Assembly: GCA_035512515.1 (NCBI GenBank)
Contig: DATKDY010000215.1
Span: 1,294-65,293 of the forward strand
From: Vicinamibacterales bacterium
GTDB taxonomy: Bacteria; Acidobacteriota; Vicinamibacteria; Vicinamibacterales; UBA2999
Length of the DNA stretch: 64,000 nucleotides
Direction of reading: 5' to 3'
The position numbers and the translations under genes are program-made. Shown one piece after another: positions 51,653 through 61,693 of this stretch; position 1 is the stretch's first letter, and every line of letters starts with the position of its first letter. The notes under the pieces were generated by a model, which did no database searches, was not told where the DNA came from, and worked only from the letters and a program-made list of their open reading frames with translations.

Positions 51653-52210
51653 ATGCTCGTCGCGCGCAGGAGTAGACGCGTGGCACTCGTGGCTCTTCTG
51701 AGAGGGATCAACGTCGGCGGTCACAGGACCTTCCGCCCTGCCAGGCTCGCCAGACAACTGAAGCACCTCGATGTCGTCAACATCGGCGCGGCGGGCACCT
51801 TCGTGATCCGGCAGCCAGTCAGCCGGGCGCAACTCCGCGCCGAATTGGCATGCAGGCTTTCCTTTGATGCCGAGATCATCATCTGCCAGGGCCGCGAAAT
51901 CGTCAGGCTGATATCTCAGAATCATTTCGCAGACCAGCCTGTACGTCCCGACATCGTCCGCTTCGTCAGCGTCCTGTCTCGACTCCCTCCGTCGGCGCCG
52001 CGGCTGCCCATGAAGCTTCCCGCCGGCGGCACCTGGCTGCTGAACGTTCTCGCGCGCGACGGCCGCTTCGTCGTCGGCCTGCACCGGCGCCATATGAAGG
52101 TCATCGGCTACCTGGGCGCGTTGGACCGGCTCTTCGGGGTACCAGTCACCACGCGCAGCTGGAATACGATCATCGCGATCGGCAAGGCGCTGGACCGCGA
52201 CGGCGGGTGA
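51653..52210 (+). CDS. DUF1697-family protein
   Basis: ALLRGINVGGHRTF is the DUF1697 hallmark; 185 aa. Confidence 0.75.
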   Translation: MLVARRSRRVALVALLRGINVGGHRTFRPARLARQLKHLDVVNIGAAGTFVIRQPVSRAQLRAELACRLSFDAEIIICQGREIVRLISQNHFADQPVRPDIVRFVSVLSRLPPSAPRLPMKLPAGGTWLLNVLARDGRFVVGLHRRHMKVIGYLGALDRLFGVPVTTRSWNTIIAIGKALDRDGG

Positions 52211-52665
52211 CGCCGCCGCCGTCATTCTGGAGTGCAGTCATGGCGATGATTCTGACCCTCGCGCTCGCGCTGGCACATCCGGGTGCCACTGACATCACCG
52301 AGGTTACGCGGGAGCTCACACGCATTGAGCGGCAGCTTGCGGCAACATGGAAGGCGGGCGACTGCTCGGCATGGGGCGCGCTGCTGGCGGCCGAGTGGTC
52401 CGTGACCCACATCACCGGTGCTGTCATCACGAAGGCCGAAGCTTTGCAGATGTGCAGCGCGCCGGCGGTACCAATCGACTCGTTCGAGGTCGACGAGATC
52501 TCGGTCCGGGCGTTCGGTGACGCCGCTGTGGTCACCGGGCGCACCAAGGTGATCACAGGAGGCGCCACTCCCGATCAGATCACACTGCGGTTCACGGACG
52601 TGTTCATTCGGCGGGCCGGTCAGTGGCTGGCGGTGGCTTCTCACGCGACACGCCTTGGCTCGTGA
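52207..52665 (+). CDS. DUF4440/SnoaL-like (NTF2 fold) protein with a signal peptide
   Basis: IERQLAATWKAGDCSAWGALLAAEWSVTH...RFTDVFIRRAGQWLAVASHAT is the DUF4440 pattern. The start may be the internal MAMILTL. Confidence 0.6.
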   Translation: MTPPPSFWSAVMAMILTLALALAHPGATDITEVTRELTRIERQLAATWKAGDCSAWGALLAAEWSVTHITGAVITKAEALQMCSAPAVPIDSFEVDEISVRAFGDAAVVTGRTKVITGGATPDQITLRFTDVFIRRAGQWLAVASHATRLGS

Positions 52666-52732
52666 GTGTCATGACTCCGTGGCGAGAGTCGGCCGCGAGC
52701 TCCACATCCGATCGGCCTCGGGAGGGTAAGGC

Positions 52733-52906
52733 ATGCGCGGCTTGTACGCATTGATGTTGCTCGGTGCTGGCGCGTGTACCGTGATCCTGGCGACTCTCGA
52801 ACCGAACAGTCGAATCAGGGACGGCATTGTCACAGCGTGGCTGCTAGCCCCGTATCTTGTGCTGACCGCGGTAATGGTGATGGCCCGGAGGAACTGCCTG
52901 ACATGA
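52733..52906 (+). CDS. Small (57-aa) two-TM membrane protein, translationally coupled to the GNAT gene
   Basis: Own translation: MRGLYALMLLGAGACTVILATLEPNSRIRDGIVTAWLLAPYLVLTAVMVMARRNCLT. GGGAGGG RBS upstream. Its TGA overlaps the GNAT ATG (ATGA). It is below the 60-aa cutoff of the track. Confidence 0.45.
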   Translation: MRGLYALMLLGAGACTVILATLEPNSRIRDGIVTAWLLAPYLVLTAVMVMARRNCLT

Positions 52907-53403
52907 TCCAGATCCGAGAGGAGCGACCGGCTGACATCCCGGCCATTCGTGACATCACCCGACGTGCGTTCGGCCAGGCACAGGAAGGGGAGATCATCGA
53001 CGCGTTGCGGGCGAACGGCGCGGCGTTACTGTCACTGGTCGCCACGCGGGATGATCGCGTGGTGGGACACATCATGTACAGTCCGCTTCTCGTTGGAGAC
53101 GTCACGGGGGCGGCGCTCGGGCCGATGGCGGTGCTTCCGGAGTATCAACGACAGGGTATCGGCGGCAAACTGATCGAGGAGGGGAACCGGCGGCTCACCG
53201 GGGCAGGATACCCATTCATCGCCGTGGTGGGGCACGCCGGCTACTATCCACGATTCGGGTTCACTCCGGCCAGGGCGCGCGGAATCACGTGCGAGTGGCC
53301 AGTACCGGACGAGGTCTTCATGGTGGTGGTGCTGGACGCAGCGAGAATGGCGGGGATCTCCGGGATGGCCAGATACCGACCGGAGTTCTCGACGGGAGCC
53401 TGA
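52903..53403 (+). CDS. GNAT-family N-acetyltransferase (YhbS-like)
   Basis: MIQIREERPADIPAIRDI..., acetyl-CoA site LPEYQRQGIGGKLI, and GHAGYYPRFGF, as in YhbS. Confidence 0.85.
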   Translation: MIQIREERPADIPAIRDITRRAFGQAQEGEIIDALRANGAALLSLVATRDDRVVGHIMYSPLLVGDVTGAALGPMAVLPEYQRQGIGGKLIEEGNRRLTGAGYPFIAVVGHAGYYPRFGFTPARARGITCEWPVPDEVFMVVVLDAARMAGISGMARYRPEFSTGA

Positions 53404-53490
53404 CCGCCGATGACGTGCTCTCTTCCCCGACCTGAGCGACGTGGCCGACTTGACTGATTGGAAGGTGCTGTTTTCGAGTCGAGATTCCGC

Positions 53491-54198
53491 TCACATTCCC
53501 AGATACGCGCGCTTGACGCCCTCGTTGCCGACGAGCGCGTCCCGGGCACCCTCGAGGACGACGCGGCCGTTCTCGAGCACGTAGCCGCGGGTGGCGATGC
53601 CGAGCGCCGCCTGCGCGTTCTGCTCGGCCAGCAGGATCGTCGCGCCGCCGGCATTGATGGCGCGAATCGCGTCGAGGAGCTGCTGGACGACGAGCGGTGC
53701 GAGGCCGAGTGAGGGTTCGTCGAGCAGCAGCAGCCGCGGCCGCGCCATCAGCGCCCGGGCCAGCGCCACCATCTGCTGCTGCCCGCCGCTGAGCGCCCCG
53801 GCCGGTGCCGCCAGCTTGTCGCGGATCACCGGAAAGAGCGCACACGCTTCGTCAATCCCCTGCGCCACGCGCTCGCGGCCCCCGGTCAGCGTGTAGGCGC
53901 CGAGCAGGAGGTTCTTCTTCACCGACAACTGCGGAAAGAGATGCCGGCCTTCCGGCGCCAGCGCAATGCCGCGGCGCACGATCGCATGCGCCGGCTGGCC
54001 GGTGACATCCTCGCCGCCGTAGCGGATGGTACCCGCCGACAGCGGGACCAGGCCAATCAGCGCTCGAAACAGTGTGCTCTTGCCGGCCCCGTTGGCGCCG
54101 AGCAGCACGACGATCTCGCCGTCGCCGGCCGACAGGCTGACGTCGGTGAGCGCGGCGAACTCGCCGAAGCGCACGCTGACCCGCGACACGTCAAGCAT
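53491..54198 (-). CDS. livF: Branched-chain amino acid (HAAT-family) ABC transporter ATP-binding protein LivF-like
   Basis: [36 protein letters not shown]. Confidence 0.88.
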   Translation of the reverse strand: MLDVSRVSVRFGEFAALTDVSLSAGDGEIVVLLGANGAGKSTLFRALIGLVPLSAGTIRYGGEDVTGQPAHAIVRRGIALAPEGRHLFPQLSVKKNLLLGAYTLTGGRERVAQGIDEACALFPVIRDKLAAPAGALSGGQQQMVALARALMARPRLLLLDEPSLGLAPLVVQQLLDAIRAINAGGATILLAEQNAQAALGIATRGYVLENGRVVLEGARDALVGNEGVKRAYLGM

Positions 54199-54967
54199 CG
54201 GGCGCCTTCCCGAGATAAGCCTCGATCACTGCGGCGTCGTTGGCCACCTCGCGCGGCGTGCCTTCTGCGATCTTCTTGCCGTGATGCAGCACCATGATGC
54301 GATCGGCCAGCTCCATGACCATCCGCATCTTGTGCTCGACCAGGCAGACCGTGAGGCCGCGCTCCTGCACGATCCGCTGGATCAGGTGCATCAAGCCGTC
54401 CGTCTCTCCAGCGTTGATGCCGCTCGCCGGCTCGTCGAGGAGCACCAGCCGCGGGTCGGTCGCGAGCGCCAGCGCGATGGCGACCCGCTTCTTCGCCTCC
54501 TGCGAGATGCTGCCGGCCGGATGCGCTGACAAGTGCTCGACCCCCGCAAAGACCAGCGCGTCACGCGCGCGCTCGCGGCTTTCGCGTTCCTCGCGTTGGA
54601 GCCGTGACGTGCGTGCCAGCGCGTCCCACAACGTGCTCTTCGTCCGTAGCCGATGCCCGACAATGACGTTGTCGAGCACCGTCGCCTGCGCGAACAGCGT
54701 CGTCGTCTGGAAGGTGCGCGCGATGCCGCGGGCCGCGACGCGATGCGCGGGCAGGTGGGTGATGTCCTCACCGGCGAACCGCATGCGCCCCGCGGTCGGC
54801 CGGTAGAAGCCGCTGACGAGATTGAAGAACGTGGACTTCCCGGCGCCGTTGGGCCCGATGATGGCGGTGACGGCGCTTTCGGGCATGTGCAGATCGACCG
54901 CGTCCAGTGCCCGCAGGCCGCCGAAGCTGATGCCGAGGTTCTCGACGCTGAGCAGCGTCCGCGACAC
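54191..54967 (-). CDS. livG: HAAT-family ABC transporter ATP-binding protein LivG-like
   Basis: GPNGAGKST and [15 protein letters not shown] at 54967 lies 1 nt after the livM stop; the ORF is open up to 55009. Confidence 0.88.
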   Translation of the reverse strand: MSRTLLSVENLGISFGGLRALDAVDLHMPESAVTAIIGPNGAGKSTFFNLVSGFYRPTAGRMRFAGEDITHLPAHRVAARGIARTFQTTTLFAQATVLDNVIVGHRLRTKSTLWDALARTSRLQREERESRERARDALVFAGVEHLSAHPAGSISQEAKKRVAIALALATDPRLVLLDEPASGINAGETDGLMHLIQRIVQERGLTVCLVEHKMRMVMELADRIMVLHHGKKIAEGTPREVANDAAVIEAYLGKAPDA

Positions 54968-54968
54968 G

Positions 54969-55964
54969 TCAGTGGGCCTCGTCGGCGCGCGGGACACCCG
55001 CTTGCGCACGAAGCTGGCGCAGCCGCCAGCGGTCCTCGAGCGATCCCCAGATGCCGGCCAGGCCGTTGGGGAAGAAGATCATGATGACGACCAGGAGCGG
55101 GCCGAGCAGGACGAGCTGATACTGCTCGAAGGCCTGCAGCGCCTGCATGGCGATGCTGATGAGGAGCGTCCCGACCAGCGGCCCGGCCAGTGACCCGGCG
55201 CCGCCCAGCATCAGGAAGAGCAGCATGCGGAAGGTCATCGCGACGCTGCTCATGCCGGGCCCGATGTAGCCGAGGTATGACGCATACAGGACGCCGGCCA
55301 GCCCGGCCAACGTCGCCGAGATCACAAACGACAGCCTCATCGTCCGGCCGACGTCGATGCCGATGGCGCGCGCCAGGTTCTCGCTCTGGCGGATCGCGAT
55401 GAAACTGCGTCCGACGAGCGAACGCGCGATGCTGACCGACACGTAGATGGTCAGCGCCAGGAACGCCAGCACCAGATAGTACTGTGCAACGAGCGAGGTG
55501 AAGGCGATGGGACCGATGCGGGCCGGTGGCGGAATGCCGATGAGCCCGTCGGTGCCGCCCGTGACGCTCTCCCAGCGCTCGATGCTGATGGTGATGATGA
55601 CGCCGAGCGCCAGCGTGAACACGGCAAAGTACGCCCCGCGCGTCCTGAGCGCGATCATGCCGACGAAGAAGGCGAGCGTGCCGGTCAGCGCGAGCGCGGC
55701 AGGAAGCGCCAGCCAGAACGACACGCCGTTGACCATCAGCAGGCCCGCCGTGTAGCCGCCGATGCCAAAGAACCCGGCGTGAGCCAGCGACAACTGGCCG
55801 GTGAAGCCGACGAGCACGTTCAACCCGTAGACGGCAATGGCCGTGATGTAGGCCGAGATCACCACGCCCAGCAGATAGCCGTCGCGCATCAGGAGCGGCA
55901 ACACGAGCGCCACGATGGTCGCGACGACCACGGCAAGCGGCTTCAACCGGGAGGGCAGCATCAC
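54969..55964 (-). CDS. livM: HAAT-family ABC transporter permease LivM-like
   Basis: 331-aa polytopic membrane protein with GQLSLAHAGFFGIGGY, typical of LivM. Confidence 0.85.
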   Translation of the reverse strand: MMLPSRLKPLAVVVATIVALVLPLLMRDGYLLGVVISAYITAIAVYGLNVLVGFTGQLSLAHAGFFGIGGYTAGLLMVNGVSFWLALPAALALTGTLAFFVGMIALRTRGAYFAVFTLALGVIITISIERWESVTGGTDGLIGIPPPARIGPIAFTSLVAQYYLVLAFLALTIYVSVSIARSLVGRSFIAIRQSENLARAIGIDVGRTMRLSFVISATLAGLAGVLYASYLGYIGPGMSSVAMTFRMLLFLMLGGAGSLAGPLVGTLLISIAMQALQAFEQYQLVLLGPLLVVIMIFFPNGLAGIWGSLEDRWRLRQLRAQAGVPRADEAH

Positions 55965-55967
55965 CGG

Positions 55968-56828
55968 CTACACGCCTTTCGCGAACAACCCGGTTGGTTT
56001 GATCGCCAGGACGAGCACGAGGATCGCAAAGCCGATCACGTCCGAGAACGCGAAGGCCACATAGGTGCCGCCCAGCACTTCGGCGAGCGCCAGGACGTAG
56101 CCGCCGACAATCGCGCCCGGGATGCTGCCCATGCCGCCGAGGATGATGATGGCGAATGCTTTGAGGTTCACCACCTCGCCCATGACGGGCGAGACGAGCA
56201 CGAGCGGCGCGACGAGCGATCCGGCCACGGCGGCGAGCCCCGCCGAGATCGCGAAGGTCAGCATCGCGACGCGCCGCGTGTCGATGCCGACGACGCGCGC
56301 CCCCTCGCGGTCCTGGGCGGTCGCTTCAATCGCCATGCCGGCGAGGGTGCGGGTGAGAAAGACGTGCAGCGCGATCATCGTCGCCACGGCGGCCAGGATG
56401 ACGATGACCCGCTGCTCGGTGATGGTCAGCCCGCCGAGCGACACCACGCCGTCGAACGGGGTCGGCAGCCGCCGGAAGTCTGCGCCCCAGACGGCGGCGG
56501 CGCTCCCCTGGAAGAAGAGCAGCACGCCGAGGGCGACAATCATCGCGTGGACGGGCGATCGCCCTTCGAGCGGTCGAAAGGCGATGCGTTCGAGCGCGAT
56601 CCCGATGAGCGCGATGACGGCGGCCGAGATCGCCAGCGCCGGTACGTAGTGCACGCCGTACGCGGTGACCAGAAAGAACGTCGCGTAAGCGCCCAGCATG
56701 TAGAGCGCGCCGTGGGCGAAGTTCGGGATGTGGAGGACGCCGTAGACGAGCGTCAACCCGAGCGCGACGAGGCTGTAGACGCTGCCGAGCGCGACGGCGT
56801 TGACGACCTGCTGAAAGAAAAGACTCAC
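55968..56828 (-). CDS. livH: HAAT-family ABC transporter permease LivH-like
   Basis: [37 protein letters not shown] is the LivH N-terminus. The GTG at 56828 overlaps the stop of the binding-protein gene (GTGA). The rest of track ORF 55968..58013 is alternate-frame. Confidence 0.85.
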   Translation of the reverse strand: MSLFFQQVVNAVALGSVYSLVALGLTLVYGVLHIPNFAHGALYMLGAYATFFLVTAYGVHYVPALAISAAVIALIGIALERIAFRPLEGRSPVHAMIVALGVLLFFQGSAAAVWGADFRRLPTPFDGVVSLGGLTITEQRVIVILAAVATMIALHVFLTRTLAGMAIEATAQDREGARVVGIDTRRVAMLTFAISAGLAAVAGSLVAPLVLVSPVMGEVVNLKAFAIIILGGMGSIPGAIVGGYVLALAEVLGGTYVAFAFSDVIGFAILVLVLAIKPTGLFAKGV

Positions 56829-58189
56829 CGAGCCGTATCGGTGGGCTCGGCGCCCAGGGGAATCGGCAACGGCACGTACTTGCCGTCGAGCACGTGCGCG
56901 CCGTACACCTGCCGGACGATGTGGCCGAGTTCGTTGACGTGGCGGATGTCGGAGATCGCGATGGCCGGCGGCAGCTGCGAGACGACCTCGGGGATGCGCG
57001 CGCGGATCGCCTCGACATCGCTCGTCGTGCCGGCGAGCGCCATCGCTCGCGCGGCGATGTGCACGGCCTGATAGTTCAGGGCGATCTCGCTGACGAGCAC
57101 GGGCGCGGGTCCCACGCGCTGGCGGAAGTTCGCGACGAACAGGTGCACGCCGGAGGCGGGATAGCTCTCCTGCGGGTGCACGCCCACGGAGCCCTCGAGC
57201 TCGGCCAGCGACACGACCGTGACCATCTCCTCGAACTTCGGCTGGTCCATCATCAGGAAGCCGCCCTTGAATCCCTGTTCGCGCGCGGCACGCACGACGA
57301 GCGCCGTTGGCTGCGACGGCCCGCCGAGGAAGAGCACGTCCGGCTTCTCGGCCAGCACCTGACTGACGACGCCGGAGAAATCGGTGGTGGTGTTGTAGTC
57401 GACGCCGAAGTTGCGGCCCACCGTGCCGCCGTGCGCCTGCCACTCCCTGGTGACGACGTCCGTCCACGCGCGTCCGTAGGTAGTCGTCGTCGGCAGGATG
57501 CCGAGCCTTTTGCCGAACCGGTCCTGCATGGTCCGCGTGAACGGACCGGCGTAGTGGTCGTAGCGTGGCGGGATCATGACGGTCAGCGGGTTGGCGGACT
57601 CGAGGATGCGTGGTTCGCTCGTGTAGGCCATGAGCAGGAAGCGAAACGGGTCGCGCGTGTTCATGCCCTGCACGGCCAGCACGCCGCCGGCGTGCGGCAC
57701 GAAGATCACGGCGGCCTGCGACTGCTGGACGAGCCGGCGGGCGTTGGTGGCGGTTTCGTTGGGCAGGTACTGGTCGTCGAGGGAGACAAGCCTGAAGCGG
57801 ACCTGGCGGCCGGCAATTTCGAGGCCGCCGGCCTCGTTCAGCTCGTCCACCGCCAGCTGGAGGCCGGACTGGACGTTGCGGCCGTAGTACGCGGCGCCGC
57901 CGCTGAGCGGCCCCGAGTAGCCGATGTTGACGACGTCGCTGCCGGCGTCGGCGCCGTTGCCGTTCTCCTGACCGCCGCACGCGGCGAACAGGAGCAGCGT
58001 GGTAACGACCCAACCCAACCAGGCAAGGGGCCCTGCCCCTTGATATCCCCGGGATGCCCCTTGGCTGGTTTCAGTTGTTGGCCTTGGCGCGCTCCGCGCG
58101 CCGAGGACCGCTATGCGGGCGGGCAACGAGTACAGAATCCTCGTTTGGGGCCGCATAGCGGTCCAGCGGTGCAGTGCGCGTGTCTGCAT
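56825..58189 (-). CDS. livK: ABC transporter periplasmic substrate-binding lipoprotein (type I PBP, LivK-like)
   Basis: Lipobox LLLFAACGG; [31 protein letters not shown] matches the Leu/Ile/Val-binding family. The true start is probably internal (the signal peptide begins about 58040). Confidence 0.8.
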   Translation of the reverse strand: MQTRALHRWTAMRPQTRILYSLPARIAVLGARSAPRPTTETSQGASRGYQGAGPLAWLGWVVTTLLLFAACGGQENGNGADAGSDVVNIGYSGPLSGGAAYYGRNVQSGLQLAVDELNEAGGLEIAGRQVRFRLVSLDDQYLPNETATNARRLVQQSQAAVIFVPHAGGVLAVQGMNTRDPFRFLLMAYTSEPRILESANPLTVMIPPRYDHYAGPFTRTMQDRFGKRLGILPTTTTYGRAWTDVVTREWQAHGGTVGRNFGVDYNTTTDFSGVVSQVLAEKPDVLFLGGPSQPTALVVRAAREQGFKGGFLMMDQPKFEEMVTVVSLAELEGSVGVHPQESYPASGVHLFVANFRQRVGPAPVLVSEIALNYQAVHIAARAMALAGTTSDVEAIRARIPEVVSQLPPAIAISDIRHVNELGHIVRQVYGAHVLDGKYVPLPIPLGAEPTDTAR

Positions 58190-58559
58190 AAGGTTCGGAG
58201 CCGCTATCTTACCCGCGTCTTGCCACCGGGTTCGTTCCTACCGGATTCGCCCCACCGCCGCAGGTCTGGACCATCGGCTGCGCACAACCGGAGACGCCGA
58301 CATCGGGGTGCGGACAACTATCCGTGTTCTATTCGCCGTCTCTTCCGTCGTCGGATTGTGCCGCTTTTGTTCGTGCCGCTGATTTCATCCGGCCTGATTT
58401 CCTGTTGCTCGTGATCGTTGTGGAACATCTTGCGCTTGGCACGCGCCTGCACGTCGGGGTCGTGCGCTTTCTGGTCTTGTTTCGCTCGATGACTGAGCAT
58501 CTGAAACAGGACGAGCGCTGCGACAACGAGCCGAGCGCGCCGCCATATTGCAGCATCTC

Positions 58560-58859
58560 CGCGTTGGGCGCATCGCGGCGGGCGACGAGCAACGGCGAGC
58601 CCGGCGTGACGATGCGAGTGACCGCGAACCCGCGCTGCTCGAACATCGCCGTGAGCAGGTCGGCGTTCTTGGCGATGTCGGCCTGGTTCGAGGCAATGTT
58701 GGGCAGCGACACCAGGCGCATGAGCTCGTCGAGGATCTGCCGTTCGTGCGCCGCCCGCCACTCGCGCACGCGCAGGACGTCTTGGGAAGGTGCGGCGGAG
58801 AGCGTGGCCGCGGCCGCCACCACCAGAATAAGAATCGCGCGCGCCGGGGTGCGTTTCAC
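58560..58859 (-). pseudogene. N-terminal fragment of a secreted M20/M28-like peptidase
   Basis: Signal peptide plus ILDELMRLVSLPNIASNQADIAKNADLLTAMFEQRGFAVTRIVTPGSPLLVA resembles M20 dipeptidase N-termini. Similarity stops after about 95 aa and the ORF continues as low-complexity nonsense. Confidence 0.35.
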
Positions 58860-59121
58860 GCCCGCGAGTATAGTGCGCCTGGGGCCCCGACTGCCGCGCC
58901 AGCCAATTCAGACTCACCGTGGCGCCAGCTGTGACGGAGGCAGGCGGACCAGTGGGCCGAGTCGCGAGGGACGATCTAGATGTGCGTCCTCAACGACTGC
59001 CGCCCGGCCGGAGGTTCCTGCGCGGACCCGCGGCAGTTCGCAGGCCGAGCTTTCAACCATCCTCCGCGCGTGTCGGTTTCCCCACGATGCGATCTTCCTC
59101 CGCACTATAATAAGTGGCTCG

Positions 59122-61428
59122 ATGCGCAGCGGGACGACGCGGCTGCTGACGTTTGTTTACATCTTCGTGTTTGCAGCGGCTGGCACATCGGCGCAAGCGC
59201 TGCGTCACGGCGCCAGCGGTCCGGCCGACGACCCGCCGCTCGACGGCCCTCCAGCGCCGGTTCCTCCGGCCACGTTCACGCGCGACGCTGAAGGGCGTGT
59301 GACTCTGCGCGCCCTGCCGCTCGCTTCGGCGTTCACCCTCGACGGCCGCCTCGACGAGGAGTTCTACCAGACCGTGATGCCCGTCAGCGACTTCGTGCAG
59401 CAGGAGCCCGAGGAAGGTGGGCTCGCGACGGAGAAGACCGAAGCCTGGGTCTTCTTCGACGACGACCACCTGTATGTGGCCGCGCGGCTCTGGGAATCGG
59501 CGCCGGAGCGACGCGTGATGAGCGACATGCGGCGCGACTCGTTCAACCTCTACAACAACGACCACTTCGCGGTGATGATCGACACCTTCTACGACCGGCG
59601 CAATGGCTATACGTTCTACGCCAACGCGCAGGGCGGCATGAGCGACGCCCTCATCACCAACGAGTCGCCCAACAACAACTGGAACGGCTTGTGGGACGTG
59701 CGCGCCAGCACGTTCGAGCAGGGGTGGACCATCGAGTTCCGCATTCCCTTCCGGTCGGTCCGCTTCAAGGAAGGCGGCACGGTCTGGGGCATCAACCTCC
59801 GGCGGATGGTGCGGTGGCGGAACGAAGTGTCGTTCCTGACGCCGATCCCGGCCTCGTACAACCGCCGCGGTCTGGTGATGACATCGTTTGCGGGATCGCT
59901 CGTCGGCCTGCGGACGCCCGCCAATCTGCGCAACATCGACGTCAAGCCCTACCTGCTCGGCTCGGCGCTCACCGACCATACGGCAGTGCCGCCGTTCTCC
60001 AATCGCGGCGATGCGCAGTTCGGTGTGGACGCGCGGTGGGCGATCACGCAGGAGTTCGTCGCCGACCTCACCTACAACACCGATTTCGCGCAGGTGGAAG
60101 ACGACGAGCAACAGGTGAACCTCACGCGCTTCAGCCTGTTCTTCCCCGAGAAGCGCGAGTTCTTCCTCGAGGGCCAGGAAGTATTCACATTCGGCGGCGC
60201 GAACACCCGCGGCGGCGGCGGCGGCGGCGGCGGGGGGGGGGGATTCGGACCGAACAACACGCCGATCCTGTTCTTCAGCCGACGGATCGGCTTGGCGGCA
60301 GGAACGGCCGTGCCGATCGTCGCCGGCGGGCGGCTGCTGGGGCGCACGGGACCGTATCAGATCGGCGCGATTGCGATGCGCACCGACAGCGTCACCGACT
60401 ACGGCGTGCCGGCGACCGAGTTCTCGGTGTTCCGCATGAACCGCGACGTGCTGCGCAGGAGCCGCATCGGCGTGCTGGCCACACGACGGGCGCCGCAATC
60501 AGGCTCCGACAACCACGCCTTCGGCGCTGACGCCGAGTTCAACCTGACCGATACCGTGTCGATCAACGCCTACCTGGCCAACACCGACACTCCCGGGCGC
60601 AACGGCGACGACACGAGCTACCGCGCGCGCTACCAATGGAACGCCGACCGGTACGGCTTGCAGCTGGAGCACCTCTTCGTCGGCGAGGATTTCAACCCCG
60701 AGGCGGGGTTCCTTCGCCGCCAGGCGTTCCGCCGCAATTACGCGCAGGCGCGCTTCAGTCCGCGTCCGCGGGCGTGGGACGCGGTCCGCAAGCTCACCTA
60801 CGAGGTCAGCCTCGATTACACGACCGACCCGGGGGGCGCGCTGGAAACGCGCGAGGCGCAGGCGCAGTTCCGGATGGAGCTCGAGAGCGGCGACCAGTGG
60901 AACCTGGAGCACACGCGGAGCTTCGAAGGACTGACCAAAGGTTTCGAGGTGGCGACGGGCATCCTGATTCCCTCCGGCGCGTACAGCTTCGAGCAGACCC
61001 GAACCAGCTACAACTTCGGCCCGCAGCGGCCAATCAGCGGCTGGCTGAACCTGAGCCACGGTACCTTCTTCGGGGGGCACCTGACCGAAGTGAGTTGGCG
61101 CGGCCGCGCCGAGCTCACGTCACGGTTCTACGTGGAGCCGAACATCTCGTGGAACCGGTTCGACGGCTTCTGGGGCGAGGGCACCACCCAGCTGGTGAGC
61201 TCGCGCATCACCTACACGCTTTCTCCCCGCATGTTCGCCGGCGCGCTCGTGCAGTATCAGTCCAACGGCAGCAGCGTCTCCACCAACGTGCGGTTCCGCT
61301 GGGAATACCTGCCCGGCAGCGAGCTCTTCGTCGTCTACAGCGACGGGCGCTCGACGCTGACACGCGGCTTCCCCACGCTCCAGAACCGGAGTTTCGTCGT
61401 CAAAGCCACACGCCTGTTCCGCTGGTAA
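59122..61428 (+). CDS. DUF5916 / CBM9-like domain outer-membrane protein
   Basis: Signal peptide; ...WVFFDDDHLYVAARLWES...NNDHFAVMIDTFYDRRNGYTFYANAQG...TIEFRIPFRSVRF (CBM9-like), then a long beta-rich region ending ...KATRLFRW. ATG at 59122; the track ORF from 58324 is an upstream extension. Confidence 0.7.
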   Translation: MRSGTTRLLTFVYIFVFAAAGTSAQALRHGASGPADDPPLDGPPAPVPPATFTRDAEGRVTLRALPLASAFTLDGRLDEEFYQTVMPVSDFVQQEPEEGGLATEKTEAWVFFDDDHLYVAARLWESAPERRVMSDMRRDSFNLYNNDHFAVMIDTFYDRRNGYTFYANAQGGMSDALITNESPNNNWNGLWDVRASTFEQGWTIEFRIPFRSVRFKEGGTVWGINLRRMVRWRNEVSFLTPIPASYNRRGLVMTSFAGSLVGLRTPANLRNIDVKPYLLGSALTDHTAVPPFSNRGDAQFGVDARWAITQEFVADLTYNTDFAQVEDDEQQVNLTRFSLFFPEKREFFLEGQEVFTFGGANTRGGGGGGGGGGGFGPNNTPILFFSRRIGLAAGTAVPIVAGGRLLGRTGPYQIGAIAMRTDSVTDYGVPATEFSVFRMNRDVLRRSRIGVLATRRAPQSGSDNHAFGADAEFNLTDTVSINAYLANTDTPGRNGDDTSYRARYQWNADRYGLQLEHLFVGEDFNPEAGFLRRQAFRRNYAQARFSPRPRAWDAVRKLTYEVSLDYTTDPGGALETREAQAQFRMELESGDQWNLEHTRSFEGLTKGFEVATGILIPSGAYSFEQTRTSYNFGPQRPISGWLNLSHGTFFGGHLTEVSWRGRAELTSRFYVEPNISWNRFDGFWGEGTTQLVSSRITYTLSPRMFAGALVQYQSNGSSVSTNVRFRWEYLPGSELFVVYSDGRSTLTRGFPTLQNRSFVVKATRLFRW
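60211..60242 (+). repeat. (GGC)7 followed by an 11-nt G homopolymer, encoding Gly11 inside the DUF5916 gene
   Basis: ggc x7 at 60211-60231, then g x11 at 60232-60242; in frame with the CDS. Confidence 0.95.
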
Positions 61429-61693
61429 TCCCGATCGACGCTGGATCACTGGGGTTCGAGCCGCGAGAGCCGCCCACAGCGATCCCACGCGCGTGCCCGT
61501 TGGCTCAGCGTGAGATAACGTCCCGCGCCAGAGAGTAACCGGACCACTCTGCCTGCCCACACCCGAAGACGTCGACGCCCGTGGTCGGGTGGCGGTATGG
61601 TTACCAGCCCGACTGCCGTGAGCCGATCTCCTCAAAAACGTCGCGCTATGGGTGAGCGCGATAGACGCCTCACACATACAGAGGAGAACGACA

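Noticed and set aside
48000-53500. Integron / attC cassette array hypothesis for the same-strand accessory genes
   Set aside because: No intI-like integrase is present in the window. The spacers lack a consistent R''(RYYYAAC)...R'(GTTRRRY) inverted pair; only isolated GTTGGGC/GTTGGAC heptamers occur. It is reported only as a cassette-like layout that needs a proper attC model search.
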